From the sequence record OZ240615.1: a DNA stretch of 64,000 nucleotides; one strand, 5' to 3'. Positions 52,160 through 61,569 of the stretch are shown here, one piece after another. How positions within the stretch are numbered: the stretch's first letter is position 1; every line of letters starts with the position of its first letter. The translations under genes were made by a program, and so were the position numbers. The notes below the pieces were generated by a model, which was not told where the DNA came from, did no database searches, and saw nothing but the letters and a program-made list of their open reading frames with translations.

Positions 52160-53848
52160 TTAGTAGTGGCGCGTCAGCGAATAACGCACGGTCGTGCCGT
52201 CCGCCATTTCAGCAACCAGATTGAAAGGTCCAGTGCTACGATAGATTTCAACACCGGTGTTCCCAGGGATTTGAATCCCTGCCGCAACAGAACCTTCCAC
52301 TTCTTCCAGCTTATTCGCTTGGGAGAACGCTTCAACAACGCGACGAACATCGCGGAGTTCATGCGTCAGCTCTTCGGCAAACAGCGCAGATTGGTTTGAA
52401 TTTTTGTCCTTAAATCCTTCGAGGACTAAAATCATACCATGATCTGGAGTGTTGTACGTGAAGGTCTCTTTCCCGCCCCACGCTTGCGGAGAGAGGGTGA
52501 TCCCAACCACTTTTACCGGACCCGTTGCATCCGTCCAATTCATCAGACGAGAACCACCTTGGTAGCTGTAGCAAGAAACGGAGTTGCGCTTCTCTTCCGA
52601 ATCCCAGCGATGGATAGGCTTGGCATCGACAACCGCGCGATCTGTCATTTGAACGGTGTTGAATCTCGAATAGCCCGCGTTGTGGAATTCGACGGCCAAC
52701 GATTGCGCCTTAGGTAAGACCTCCACCATAAATTGCATTAGGGAAATCGCACCGCCGTCAACAACCCGTTTCGCAGGGGCAACTTTCTCTTCTTTGGTTT
52801 TCAGGCCATCGAAGATGCTACCGACTTCTTCCGTCTCTTTTGCCGTCGCAGTCGGCTGCCATACCCATTCCTGAATATCGCTCACCAACGCGAAACGACG
52901 GCGGAACGCGGATTCGATCCCGAGCGTTTTCACTAACGTTTTCGCCTTTTCCAACTGTTCCTCAGTTGGAGCTTCAGTGGCGCGCATGTAGTTAACACCT
53001 TCAATGCTTTCACGGAATTTACGAATCGCGTATTGTTCGTGACCGCTTTGAATGTCGTCCATCAACACGCCGACAACCGTGGTGTGGAAATGAATGATGT
53101 CTTTGTTGTCAAAGTTCATCGCTTCCCACACCAAGTTGTTTTTGATGTTGTTGTTTTTGGTAGCATTGAACTCGCGATGGAGTTTCGCCCAGGTTTTAAA
53201 CCGGTTGGCGAATTTGGTGATATGTTTCAATTCACCGTGTTCGAACAGTTCAACAGCCCGCTGCACTGTTTCAGGTGCCCAGCGTGTCAGGCCACTGCGC
53301 AGGATACGGACCAGTTCACGCCCTTCTGCTTCTTTACCTAAACGCTCTTCGTCGTTATCGTAAGTAAAGATCAGCGCAGTTGATGCGCAGTTCAGTTTAC
53401 CGTTGAAGTGGCGGAATTTACCGGAATGCTTCAGCGAGTAATCGGCGACGTTCTCCACGACGATGTCGGTTACCGGGCAACGGGCGATAATACGGTTCAA
53501 TGCCTTAACCATCGCGTATGCGTTGGTGTGCGGTTCGCCCTCTGCTTCGATATCAATATCGAAAGCCAGGCTCTTAGCTACACCGTCGTCGATGGTCACA
53601 TACTGACCGAATTTATTCAGCCAACGTTCACAGGTTTTACAGGTGTACTGTTGACGCTGCTCTTCCGGAAACAGGCTCAGGTAATGTTGATACAGCGATT
53701 TACCAGTGCTGGCTTCAACATCGACTTTATAAATATCGTCATCGATATCGAAAAGAGAAAGGTTGTGCTCAATAATATCAACCAAAGAATCGTAAAAACG
53801 ATCTTCAGCGACAACAGTTTCATTGGAAGCTACAATTTGTTCAGACAT
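52160..53848 (-). CDS. large conserved hypothetical protein with CxxC motif
   Basis: QYTCKTCERW, FRHF; AGGA SD. Confidence 0.7.
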   Translation of the reverse strand: MSEQIVASNETVVAEDRFYDSLVDIIEHNLSLFDIDDDIYKVDVEASTGKSLYQHYLSLFPEEQRQQYTCKTCERWLNKFGQYVTIDDGVAKSLAFDIDIEAEGEPHTNAYAMVKALNRIIARCPVTDIVVENVADYSLKHSGKFRHFNGKLNCASTALIFTYDNDEERLGKEAEGRELVRILRSGLTRWAPETVQRAVELFEHGELKHITKFANRFKTWAKLHREFNATKNNNIKNNLVWEAMNFDNKDIIHFHTTVVGVLMDDIQSGHEQYAIRKFRESIEGVNYMRATEAPTEEQLEKAKTLVKTLGIESAFRRRFALVSDIQEWVWQPTATAKETEEVGSIFDGLKTKEEKVAPAKRVVDGGAISLMQFMVEVLPKAQSLAVEFHNAGYSRFNTVQMTDRAVVDAKPIHRWDSEEKRNSVSCYSYQGGSRLMNWTDATGPVKVVGITLSPQAWGGKETFTYNTPDHGMILVLEGFKDKNSNQSALFAEELTHELRDVRRVVEAFSQANKLEEVEGSVAAGIQIPGNTGVEIYRSTGPFNLVAEMADGTTVRYSLTRHY

Positions 53849-53902
53849 GTCTTTTCCTATTTTGCAAAATAAGGGGTTTTGTTCAGAGTAATTCTAACGG
53901 GT

Positions 53903-54496
53903 TTATTTTCGGAACAGATTTAAAAATCGGGTAAGTAAAGAAGGGCGAGATTTCCGCATAACTTCAGCCCAGTACGCGCCTTCATCGACAGGGGTTTTAT
54001 CGGTAGCAGATGCATAATCGGAATAATTGGCGGCAGTGGTATATTCATCGGAGGTCGTGTATCGATTAGGGTCCGCGTACGTCTTTCGCTTTTCCTGTTT
54101 AGCGTCCTGCAGCCGTTGTCGCTGTACTGCCTCTTCAGCGATATAAGTATTTTTATTACGCATGAAATCCATCAGTGAGGCTAAAGCCAATTCCGCGCGC
54201 GCGGTGGAATTGTAGGTGATGGAGCAATTGTTCACGTTCCGCCCATCGTTCGTTTGGAAACGGACTAGACCATCACCGTTTGACAAAGTGAACACTTCAT
54301 TAGTGACCACATTCAGCGAAGCAACCGGGACCGCTATTGTAATAACGTCGCCCATAATTTCCAACTGGGTGCCGTTATCGATTATTATCCAAAAACGATT
54401 TTCCACCTGTTGAACCAGTTTCCCCAAAAAGTCCGTTCGCTCTGGAATGACCGCACCGTTTTCGTTAGGGACGTCACTACGAATGTTATCTTGCAT
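53903..54496 (-). CDS. hypothetical protein
   Basis: ORF track; packing. Confidence 0.6.
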   Translation of the reverse strand: MQDNIRSDVPNENGAVIPERTDFLGKLVQQVENRFWIIIDNGTQLEIMGDVITIAVPVASLNVVTNEVFTLSNGDGLVRFQTNDGRNVNNCSITYNSTARAELALASLMDFMRNKNTYIAEEAVQRQRLQDAKQEKRKTYADPNRYTTSDEYTTAANYSDYASATDKTPVDEGAYWAEVMRKSRPSLLTRFLNLFRK

Positions 54497-54854
54497 GAGG
54501 AAGCTCCGGGGTTAGATCGCCAACTTTAAGAACGGTAACAGCGTGATTCTTTTTATCGTACGGGACAAAGGCAATACAGAAGTAGCGTTCTTCTTGCATC
54601 AGTTGAACAACTCTCCCTTCTGATTTAATATCCTTCCCTTCCCACTTGACTGCCGTGAAAACTTCGTCGAAGGCAAATACTAAATTTCCTTCTGGCTCTT
54701 TCCATTCTGCCTCGGTTTCGCTAGCGATGACGATCTTAACATCACCAACGTAGAAGAATCGTTTTCCGTTGCGAATATAGAAAGTTGCTTCCGCATCGCG
54801 AAACGGTTGGAAATCAATAAAATCCATTTCCTCAAGAATAAACGTCTTCGCCAT
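54486..54854 (-). CDS. hypothetical protein
   Basis: ORF track; packing. Confidence 0.6.
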   Translation of the reverse strand: MAKTFILEEMDFIDFQPFRDAEATFYIRNGKRFFYVGDVKIVIASETEAEWKEPEGNLVFAFDEVFTAVKWEGKDIKSEGRVVQLMQEERYFCIAFVPYDKKNHAVTVLKVGDLTPELPHAR

Positions 54855-54857
54855 AGC

Positions 54858-55187
54858 TTAATCCGCCAGATCAATAATTTGCTCGGTAAAAGGGAACCGG
54901 TTCGCTAACAACTCCATACAGGTTCCTACCGAATCGCCAATGAAATAGTAGTCGTAAAGCATCCCGCTCGTATGACGGTGTTTGACGTGTAGTATCAGTC
55001 CTTTACGATCGGCTGCGTAAAAGTCATTAAACCACGTAGAGGTGATGTACTCACCTACACCAAACACAGCCCGTAAATAATCTTTCACCGTCATCTGTTC
55101 ATTTTCCGGGAAAAATCCAAACGACTTTATCTCGAACAGTTCAAAGCGATGTTCTAATTGCATGTTAACTCCCTCGTTAAAGGCCAC
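54858..55187 (-). CDS. hypothetical protein (start probably MQLEHR)
   Basis: GAGGGAG SD before the internal Met. Confidence 0.55.
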   Translation of the reverse strand: MAFNEGVNMQLEHRFELFEIKSFGFFPENEQMTVKDYLRAVFGVGEYITSTWFNDFYAADRKGLILHVKHRHTSGMLYDYYFIGDSVGTCMELLANRFPFTEQIIDLAD

Positions 55188-55194
55188 AAAAAGA

Positions 55195-55218
55195 CTCCTG
55201 AGGCAATAACCTCAGGAG
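55195..55218 (-). terminator. Intrinsic terminator
   Basis: CTCCTGAGG-CAATAA-CCTCAGGAG. Confidence 0.65.
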
Positions 55219-55224
55219 ACCGTA

Positions 55225-56001
55225 CTATTTACGCTTTTTCTTTTTGGATTGCCCAGAAGCGTGTTTAGACACGCGTTTAGGGCGTGCCGGTGGCGCGGTG
55301 AAAAGGTTGCGTTTTCCGCCCATACTGAACCCGCCATTGAAAGAGAAGCTGGTCTGGAACTCTGAGGGCAGGGCTTCTTTAAACTTGGTTTTCCACGCCA
55401 GACGCAGCGCTACGTGATTAACCTGAAATGCCCCTTGAACAAACCAGTCGCCCGGGTTACGCTCAATCAGCGTTTTCCCGCCGTAGCTTGCAGTGACGGT
55501 GTTCTCTTCTTGGCTGACAACAATACTGACAACCGGGTGTTCGATCGCTGGTTTTTCTGCATTGACCAGCTCGGAAGCACTGTCTAATTCGATGTGCTTC
55601 GTTGAAAGATCCGCAGGGGTAATTTCGTGCCGATAATATTCACCGGGGTTGTCATCAACTTCAATCCCTTTCCCGAATCGTCCGGACTGAGAATGATTTT
55701 GTACCTTTTTGGTATCAGGGATAAATGCGGGTTCGTCTACGTAAATAAGACGACTCTTTTCTTTTGGTGTTTCTGCTGCAGGTAGTACTAATCTATCGTA
55801 CGGGGAACGTACATGGAAATTGAAAGGTTTTAACTCGCGACCATCGCCCTGTACGCGTTCTAATTCTTCTTCAGAAATAAACGCCGGGTCATCTACCGGA
55901 ATGGTCAGTCGTGTTTGCCCGCGGCCGAGAACGTTGTGTTTTTCCGCGAGAGTTTCAGCGGTGATCACGCCTTCTACAGCTTCGATTTTTTTACTTTCCA
56001 T
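55225..56001 (-). CDS. hypothetical protein with basic C-terminal tail
   Basis: Ends KRVSKHASGQSKKKKRK. Confidence 0.65.
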   Translation of the reverse strand: MESKKIEAVEGVITAETLAEKHNVLGRGQTRLTIPVDDPAFISEEELERVQGDGRELKPFNFHVRSPYDRLVLPAAETPKEKSRLIYVDEPAFIPDTKKVQNHSQSGRFGKGIEVDDNPGEYYRHEITPADLSTKHIELDSASELVNAEKPAIEHPVVSIVVSQEENTVTASYGGKTLIERNPGDWFVQGAFQVNHVALRLAWKTKFKEALPSEFQTSFSFNGGFSMGGKRNLFTAPPARPKRVSKHASGQSKKKKRK

Positions 56002-56027
56002 TTTATTTTCCTTCTTTAAGAAAATGA

Positions 56028-56360
56028 TTAACGACGACGTTTTACTTTGATCGGTTTAGCGCGTACCTTCTTCTTCGGTAACGGTCGACCTTTGGCGTGC
56101 TTAGAAACACGGATCGCTTCTAATTTCTCGATTTCATAATCGATAGTTTCCCCGCTGTCGTCAGTGATTCGGTTCAACACGGTAATGTCAATGTGTTTTA
56201 CCTTCACCTTTAATAACGGGAAATGTTTCTGAAAGATCTCTGCCAGAGTGTCAAAGTTAATGGTCGATGTTTTTGGATCCACTGCTTCACGGAATAAACT
56301 GTGATGAAGAGAGTGGCCTTGAGTTCTGGCAGAAAGGGTGTTCTTAATCCGTTCTTTCAC
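56028..56360 (-). CDS. hypothetical protein with basic C-terminal tail (GTG start)
   Basis: Ends RVSKHAKGRPLPKKKVRAKPIKVKRRR; GGAGG SD. Confidence 0.65.
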   Translation of the reverse strand: MKERIKNTLSARTQGHSLHHSLFREAVDPKTSTINFDTLAEIFQKHFPLLKVKVKHIDITVLNRITDDSGETIDYEIEKLEAIRVSKHAKGRPLPKKKVRAKPIKVKRRR

Positions 56361-56426
56361 AGGTTATCCTCCCTGTCGTTTTTATTAAAAGTTGGTTCAT
56401 AATCGAGTTACCAAACTAAAAAATAA

Positions 56427-56454
56427 ATTGAGGGGATCCGAAGACCCCCTCAAT
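56427..56454 (-). terminator. Intrinsic terminator
   Basis: ATTGAGGGG-N10-CCCCTCAAT. Confidence 0.65.
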
Positions 56455-56456
56455 CG

Positions 56457-56930
56457 TTAATTTACCAAATAGAAGATAACGTCTTCAGCGAGCGTAAAGT
56501 TGGTGAGCAGGGACTCATAAGTCTTGTCCCGACGTACGCGGCTAAAATAAAAATACGCTTCGTCTACGTAAACGTGCGTAATGGGGTGTTTTCGGTACGC
56601 AGCGGTATAACCCTGTTCGTACGGTTTTCCGACGATGACCCTTAAGTCTTGTGGTATTACCCCAGCGTTACGCGTAAACCGAGACAAAAGTTCTTCTTTC
56701 ATTTCACTCGTCGGGAATAAGATGAGTGAGTGGGCGGGGTCTTTTTTAGCCCGTGAAAATATCCACTCGGTCTTTCCTGTTTGCCGCGTTGCAGTAAAGC
56801 CAATAGTGCGACACTCTCGAAGTAAAATCGGTCGTCGCCAATCACAACGTTTGGCCTGTTCAGAATTCTCTGAGATAAGCGTCTTTTCTAATACCTGCGC
56901 AATTGATTCAAAATCGTTTTTATTTGCCAT
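56457..56930 (-). CDS. small stand-alone P-loop NTPase domain
   Basis: ATRQTGKT Walker A, HVYVDE Walker B. Confidence 0.65.
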   Translation of the reverse strand: MANKNDFESIAQVLEKTLISENSEQAKRCDWRRPILLRECRTIGFTATRQTGKTEWIFSRAKKDPAHSLILFPTSEMKEELLSRFTRNAGVIPQDLRVIVGKPYEQGYTAAYRKHPITHVYVDEAYFYFSRVRRDKTYESLLTNFTLAEDVIFYLVN

Positions 56931-56948
56931 GGTGTATTTTGCCTTTTG

Positions 56949-57299
56949 TTACAGTGAATGGAACCAGCCTTCATTATCTGGCTCCGAAGAAAACTCAAAG
57001 TTCACAAATTCTTTCCCTTTTGCAAACTCTGCAAAGGTATCCGTACCAATCCAAAATCCCCGGCGTTTCAACTCATATTGGTCGCCATTTAAACGAAAAG
57101 ATACTTTCCCTTCATTAGCGTCAAACTCCGCGTCAATCCAATCGCCATCAGTCATTCCTTTAAACGCAGACGTAAAACGAAAGAAGCCTGACTTATACAG
57201 ACTACCGATTAGTTTCCCGCCTCGTGAATTACCAATATTTTTTGGCGTAGAAAGAAAACGAAGGTTGTTTAAATCTAACTTCATCCTCTCTCCCCTCAA
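56949..57299 (-). CDS. hypothetical protein
   Basis: ORF track; packing. Confidence 0.6.
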   Translation of the reverse strand: MRGERMKLDLNNLRFLSTPKNIGNSRGGKLIGSLYKSGFFRFTSAFKGMTDGDWIDAEFDANEGKVSFRLNGDQYELKRRGFWIGTDTFAEFAKGKEFVNFEFSSEPDNEGWFHSL

Positions 57300-57622
57300 T
57301 CAAGAAACTCTATTGAAAAAGTCCCTTCTTCTCGATTATAACCCACGAAAAAACGGACACCATTGGCTTTCAAGATATTACTCAAGGCAACAACCGCGGT
57401 TGGCGAATCGTCGCGGCCAAACAACGGGTTTGAAATCGTATTCTGTAATTCCCAGAAAGGGTCACCCGATTTCTTTTTTCGTTTCCAGCGAGAACGAAAG
57501 GTAACCGGTTGTTTTTGCCAAAGGTATAACGGTCCTTTATTCGTTTGGACTGTCAACGAACGAATAAAGGTTGCGCCCGTATATTCTTTGCCAAATAGAA
57601 ACGTTTTTATTTTTCCCAACAC
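57296..57622 (-). CDS. hypothetical protein
   Basis: ORF track; AAGGAG SD. Confidence 0.6.
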   Translation of the reverse strand: MLGKIKTFLFGKEYTGATFIRSLTVQTNKGPLYLWQKQPVTFRSRWKRKKKSGDPFWELQNTISNPLFGRDDSPTAVVALSNILKANGVRFFVGYNREEGTFSIEFLD

Positions 57623-57856
57623 TTATAGCTCCTTAGAAACTGATTTCGTCAGTGTCTGAATTTGCTCCAGAACACAGAGATCGTTTTGAATAGATTCGAC
57701 ACTGATACCGTAGAAATGCGCTATTTCCTCAGTACGCATTCCGTTCTTGACGCCTTGTTGAATGAGTTTAGCAATACTCGGATTTTCTATCTTTGCGAGT
57801 AATGCGTCGAAGTTGTTGAGGTAATCCTTATACGCGTTACGATCCATTAGAAACAT
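57623..57856 (-). CDS. small HTH protein
   Basis: NGMRTEEIAHFYGISVESIQNDL. Confidence 0.65.
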   Translation of the reverse strand: MFLMDRNAYKDYLNNFDALLAKIENPSIAKLIQQGVKNGMRTEEIAHFYGISVESIQNDLCVLEQIQTLTKSVSKEL

Positions 57857-58226
57857 CCTTTAAACGGCTTCTGGCAATGTCAGACCAACCGTGTTCACGA
57901 AAAAGACGGTCTAAAGTGGCGCTATACTCGTTTATTTTTGCCTGCAGCTCAATAGCCTCTGCAATTTTAACAGGGTCGTCAGGAATCAGAAAATCTTCTC
58001 TGATCAAAAACCAACCAGATAACCCCTCTATTTTGACGACGAGGGAGTCAGGTAGCCCGACTCTTTTAACTCCGGGTACCCGATCGACTTCTTTAAAAAC
58101 TTTCGTTACAAAAGGCGTAATATTAATAGCCTTTATACCCGTCCAGGTTTTACCAATTTTTCTTACTTTGGAAATCGTATCAGTGACGATAACTTTGTTC
58201 ATAATCTTTTCCTCTTTACTCGCCAT
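57837..58226 (-). CDS. hypothetical protein
   Basis: ORF track; packing. Confidence 0.6.
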   Translation of the reverse strand: MASKEEKIMNKVIVTDTISKVRKIGKTWTGIKAINITPFVTKVFKEVDRVPGVKRVGLPDSLVVKIEGLSGWFLIREDFLIPDDPVKIAEAIELQAKINEYSATLDRLFREHGWSDIARSRLKDVSNGS

Positions 58227-58228
58227 TA

Positions 58229-58672
58229 CTATTTCCTCACCTGAATACTATTAACCCACTTCTCATCCTCAGTTATTGGATAGAACTCCGTCGTTTTAAT
58301 TTTACCGATTAAAGATAACCAACGTAAATACGTTTCATCATCTACAAATAAAACCGCATTTTTTCTTTGATTAAATTCATCAGGGATTACCCTACTAATC
58401 CCCTGCGTAGGAAACGGAAGAGATTTGATTAACCGCCGTTGGTTAACTTCAATCTTTACTTGCTCTAAACCTCTACGAGCTTCTTCGAGTGTGGGTATAT
58501 AACCTGTCTCAGCACTGACAAACGGATATATTTCGGGTAGATTAAAATATCTTAGTTTTTCCTTCTTCGTCCAGTTTACTTTTCGATCTAGAAAAGCAAT
58601 AATCGATTTGTCAGTAAAACCGAGAATAAATCCTAATCTAGTGCAATGGCGTAAATTACCCAGATTTAACAT
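58229..58672 (-). CDS. hypothetical protein
   Basis: GGAGG SD. Confidence 0.6.
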   Translation of the reverse strand: MLNLGNLRHCTRLGFILGFTDKSIIAFLDRKVNWTKKEKLRYFNLPEIYPFVSAETGYIPTLEEARRGLEQVKIEVNQRRLIKSLPFPTQGISRVIPDEFNQRKNAVLFVDDETYLRWLSLIGKIKTTEFYPITEDEKWVNSIQVRK

Positions 58673-59646
58673 TACACCTCCTTATTCAACCCAGAAACGA
58701 TAGTGGCACGGATCCATTTGAATTTCAACTTCCGTACCCCATTGACAACAGGTCCTACCCAGTAACCGTGCCAATGGGCACGACGAATATGCGCTGCTCT
58801 TCCGTAGGTCTTTTGCCCTTTCTTTCGTTGCTCCATTTCTTCGAGGTAATCAAACCCTACTGGAAACTTACGATGCGCATTCAGGAAACGCAAACTGTAG
58901 TGTTTACCCGAACGTTTCATTTTGGTTAAACGAAAGGTGTTACGGAAATCAGCAGCGTCTTGTCGGTCATATTCCTGCGCGACGAACAAAGCTACATTCA
59001 ACAGCTTAGTGTAAGTTTCACGATATCCGTCACGCATCAAAATATCTGCTGCGGCTTCTGCGTCAAGGTTGTGCTCCTTTGCAGCACGAATAATCGTCGG
59101 GTCTGAAGCAATAACTTCTTCCAGCGTCAGTCCTTCATCGAATGGAAAGAAGAGCGTTTGCGGGAATCCACCATCGTTATACGGGTAAACAATAGTCAGC
59201 CCTTCTTTCCCGCTCCAATGCGTAACAGTGGAGAGGAAAATCCCTTCAATGAGCGGCTCCTCCGGGAGGGGGTGTTTGATAGGGCACGCTGAAAGGTTGA
59301 CGTACCCCGTCCAATGAGGAATGGTTTTCAGAACGGTTAGCGGCAATTTACCGTTGAACTCGGAGTCCAGCACATCTGCCAATAATTCAGAAGGGATTTG
59401 ATATTCCGGTTTCGTGATTTGCCAGCAGTAGGTCATACTCGCGTGCCAGAACATTTCCCGGTAGTATGGATTATTGAAATCGATTCCCTTTGGGAACCCT
59501 TTGTTTTCACCCCATATTTCCAACGGGTAAAAATACGGTGGAATTTCTCCTTTCGTTTCCGTAAGGATGCGATTGAAGAAATCTTTTGCGTCCCACGCCC
59601 TCAAGCGCGGGAGTAAGGTTTTTTCTACGGTTTCAAGAATGTTCAT
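58672..59646 (-). CDS. conserved hypothetical protein with C-terminal HIRRAHWH motif
   Basis: AAHIRRAHWHGYWVGP...KWI. Confidence 0.65.
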   Translation of the reverse strand: MNILETVEKTLLPRLRAWDAKDFFNRILTETKGEIPPYFYPLEIWGENKGFPKGIDFNNPYYREMFWHASMTYCWQITKPEYQIPSELLADVLDSEFNGKLPLTVLKTIPHWTGYVNLSACPIKHPLPEEPLIEGIFLSTVTHWSGKEGLTIVYPYNDGGFPQTLFFPFDEGLTLEEVIASDPTIIRAAKEHNLDAEAAADILMRDGYRETYTKLLNVALFVAQEYDRQDAADFRNTFRLTKMKRSGKHYSLRFLNAHRKFPVGFDYLEEMEQRKKGQKTYGRAAHIRRAHWHGYWVGPVVNGVRKLKFKWIRATIVSGLNKEV

Positions 59647-60196
59647 GGAATCTTTTCTCCATTCCTTCGTCTACATGCCAACAAAACAGAGAGAAAAAAT
59701 GCTCTTCCATAGATTGCGGCAATAATGAGAAATTAGCGGGAGTGACGATATTGTATTTTTTCTTGTTCGATAGAGCGACGATAAAATGACTCTTAGTAAC
59801 TCTGACCGAAACAATCTCGTGGCCATACATCTTATTAATTTGTTTGCCATCTCTTATTCGGAGCCCGACAATTCCTTGCCCTATGCGTAATCCATTTTTA
59901 GAGGAAGGGACAACCCAGTCCCCTTGACGTTTTTTGAAGAAATTCCACCAAAGGCTCACCGGGATAAACCAGTGAGCATCTTTAAGATTTCTTCCCGTAT
60001 GGTAAGAGATAGCCTCGTACATTTCCTTTTGCGTTAAAGTCGTCCCCTCTTGGTCAGGGGTATTTATTTTTACTCCCATTTTTTCAGAGTAAACAAACAT
60101 GATGATAGAGTTATCGCGAAGAAATAAATTTTCGCTTACCCACTTACCGTACTCTATCTCTAACTCAAGAACTTTTTCTGCTGTACTCTTTTCCAT
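59633..60196 (-). CDS. hypothetical protein
   Basis: ORF track; packing. Confidence 0.6.
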   Translation of the reverse strand: MEKSTAEKVLELEIEYGKWVSENLFLRDNSIIMFVYSEKMGVKINTPDQEGTTLTQKEMYEAISYHTGRNLKDAHWFIPVSLWWNFFKKRQGDWVVPSSKNGLRIGQGIVGLRIRDGKQINKMYGHEIVSVRVTKSHFIVALSNKKKYNIVTPANFSLLPQSMEEHFFSLFCWHVDEGMEKRFHEHS

Positions 60197-60222
60197 CTTT
60201 TACCCGATCAGTGCTAATTACA

Positions 60223-60411
60223 TTAGATGTCTAACGTGGGGTTCCACCAAGTAGCAAGTCTGTCCAAATCTTTGACCACTTTGGCAGCCTGCCTTGCCGG
60301 GATACGGTACTTTCTGGCTACCCGGCGTTTTGCGCTTTGTACAGTAGTCATGCAGGTGGAAAGGTCGTAGGTGACCAAGTTATCTATTTTCTTGCGTAAA
60401 GATTCTTTCAT
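60223..60411 (-). CDS. small basic protein
   Basis: ORF track; start overlaps upstream stop. Confidence 0.55.
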   Translation of the reverse strand: MKESLRKKIDNLVTYDLSTCMTTVQSAKRRVARKYRIPARQAAKVVKDLDRLATWWNPTLDI

Positions 60412-60671
60412 TACATTTTTCCTTTAATGGTTTGGTATAACCGATCGAGGTTGTCACTGATGAGTTTCCCACGCGAAATAGTAATCGGCTTAGTCCTTGA
60501 ATCGTAAAAGGTTATTTCTAATACGACGAACGGAATCGTCCCGAGCCGCCCTTTAAAACTACGGTCTACAATAGACCGCCGAATCGTTTTAATATCGCGA
60601 ATGAATAAGCAATAATAATTTTCTCCGTCAGTAATATCCACTTTCCCATTAAGTACCGTAAAGTTTGGCAT
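60411..60671 (-). CDS. hypothetical protein
   Basis: ORF track; packing. Confidence 0.55.
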   Translation of the reverse strand: MPNFTVLNGKVDITDGENYYCLFIRDIKTIRRSIVDRSFKGRLGTIPFVVLEITFYDSRTKPITISRGKLISDNLDRLYQTIKGKM

Positions 60672-60680
60672 AGTTTTCTC

Positions 60681-61004
60681 TTAGTGAAATAATTTGATTA
60701 AAGGAACGGTAACAGACAGAGTTTTTTTCGGTTTATTTCTGTGGTTTCCAACGCCAAACGCCCTTAGTTTAACGCTGTCTTCCGTGTGGAAACGAAGCGA
60801 CTGTAAATCCAGTAACATTCTTTCGACAGCCCGCTCATTAGCTCTCGACCAAGTCAGAGTCGCAACGGTCTGACCGTTAAGAAGAGTTTCAAGACAAACT
60901 TGGTAAGAGTATTCTTTTTTTATATTTTCTTTAACTATTTGCTCAATAGCGACTATCAGCCCCTGAAAAGCAGGAACCTCTTCTAAGCGAGGAACGCGTT
61001 TCAA
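60681..61004 (-). CDS. hypothetical protein, probable paralog of 62451..62759 (TTG start)
   Basis: GGAGG SD; shared pattern ending T(V/I)PLI. Confidence 0.6.
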   Translation of the reverse strand: MKRVPRLEEVPAFQGLIVAIEQIVKENIKKEYSYQVCLETLLNGQTVATLTWSRANERAVERMLLDLQSLRFHTEDSVKLRAFGVGNHRNKPKKTLSVTVPLIKLFH

Positions 61005-61006
61005 GC

Positions 61007-61513
61007 TTAACCTCCGTAACTGTTATCGAAACCAAAAGACGCCCCCTCGATAACGAGAATGACTTTACTTTCCGGCGGATAAATGACATCCAGCGCCGCT
61101 CTGATTTCTTCGTTCACGTTAAATCTGGCTTTAATGCAACCACAGATATTTTTCATTAATTCCTTACTTTTATTTTCATTGAGCATAATTCGAACAATGA
61201 GATCGGCGTCATCGTCAATAGATGCTTGCGTCTCAATCCCATCGGTTTCCACGTTATATTCGAAGCGAACGTTGTCCGCCGAAACGTTATGAACACTAAA
61301 ACCTTCTGGTACCGTATGGTATTCTACGCCAGACGAAATTAGCGCGACAATTTTCTCGATTTCATCGCGAGAGATTTTACAAACTTCCGCCTTTAAACGC
61401 TCAATGGCTTCTTTTTCACTGTTTCGGTGTTTTTGAATAGCGTCAAGAGCCATAGGGGAAGAAACGAAACTTTTGATCACTTCTGCGATTTTTGACGGTT
61501 CAGTGGATTTCAT
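61007..61513 (-). CDS. hypothetical protein
   Basis: AAAAGGA SD; first gene after promoter copy 8. Confidence 0.65.
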   Translation of the reverse strand: MKSTEPSKIAEVIKSFVSSPMALDAIQKHRNSEKEAIERLKAEVCKISRDEIEKIVALISSGVEYHTVPEGFSVHNVSADNVRFEYNVETDGIETQASIDDDADLIVRIMLNENKSKELMKNICGCIKARFNVNEEIRAALDVIYPPESKVILVIEGASFGFDNSYGG

Positions 61514-61569
61514 GATATTTTTCCTTTTGTTGATTTCAGAACAATTAAAGAGTGAATGTTTTTCTACTT

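Noticed and set aside
56635-57504. 289-aa plus-strand ORF
   Set aside because: Antisense to three well-packed minus-strand genes, no SD or motif; a shadow ORF.
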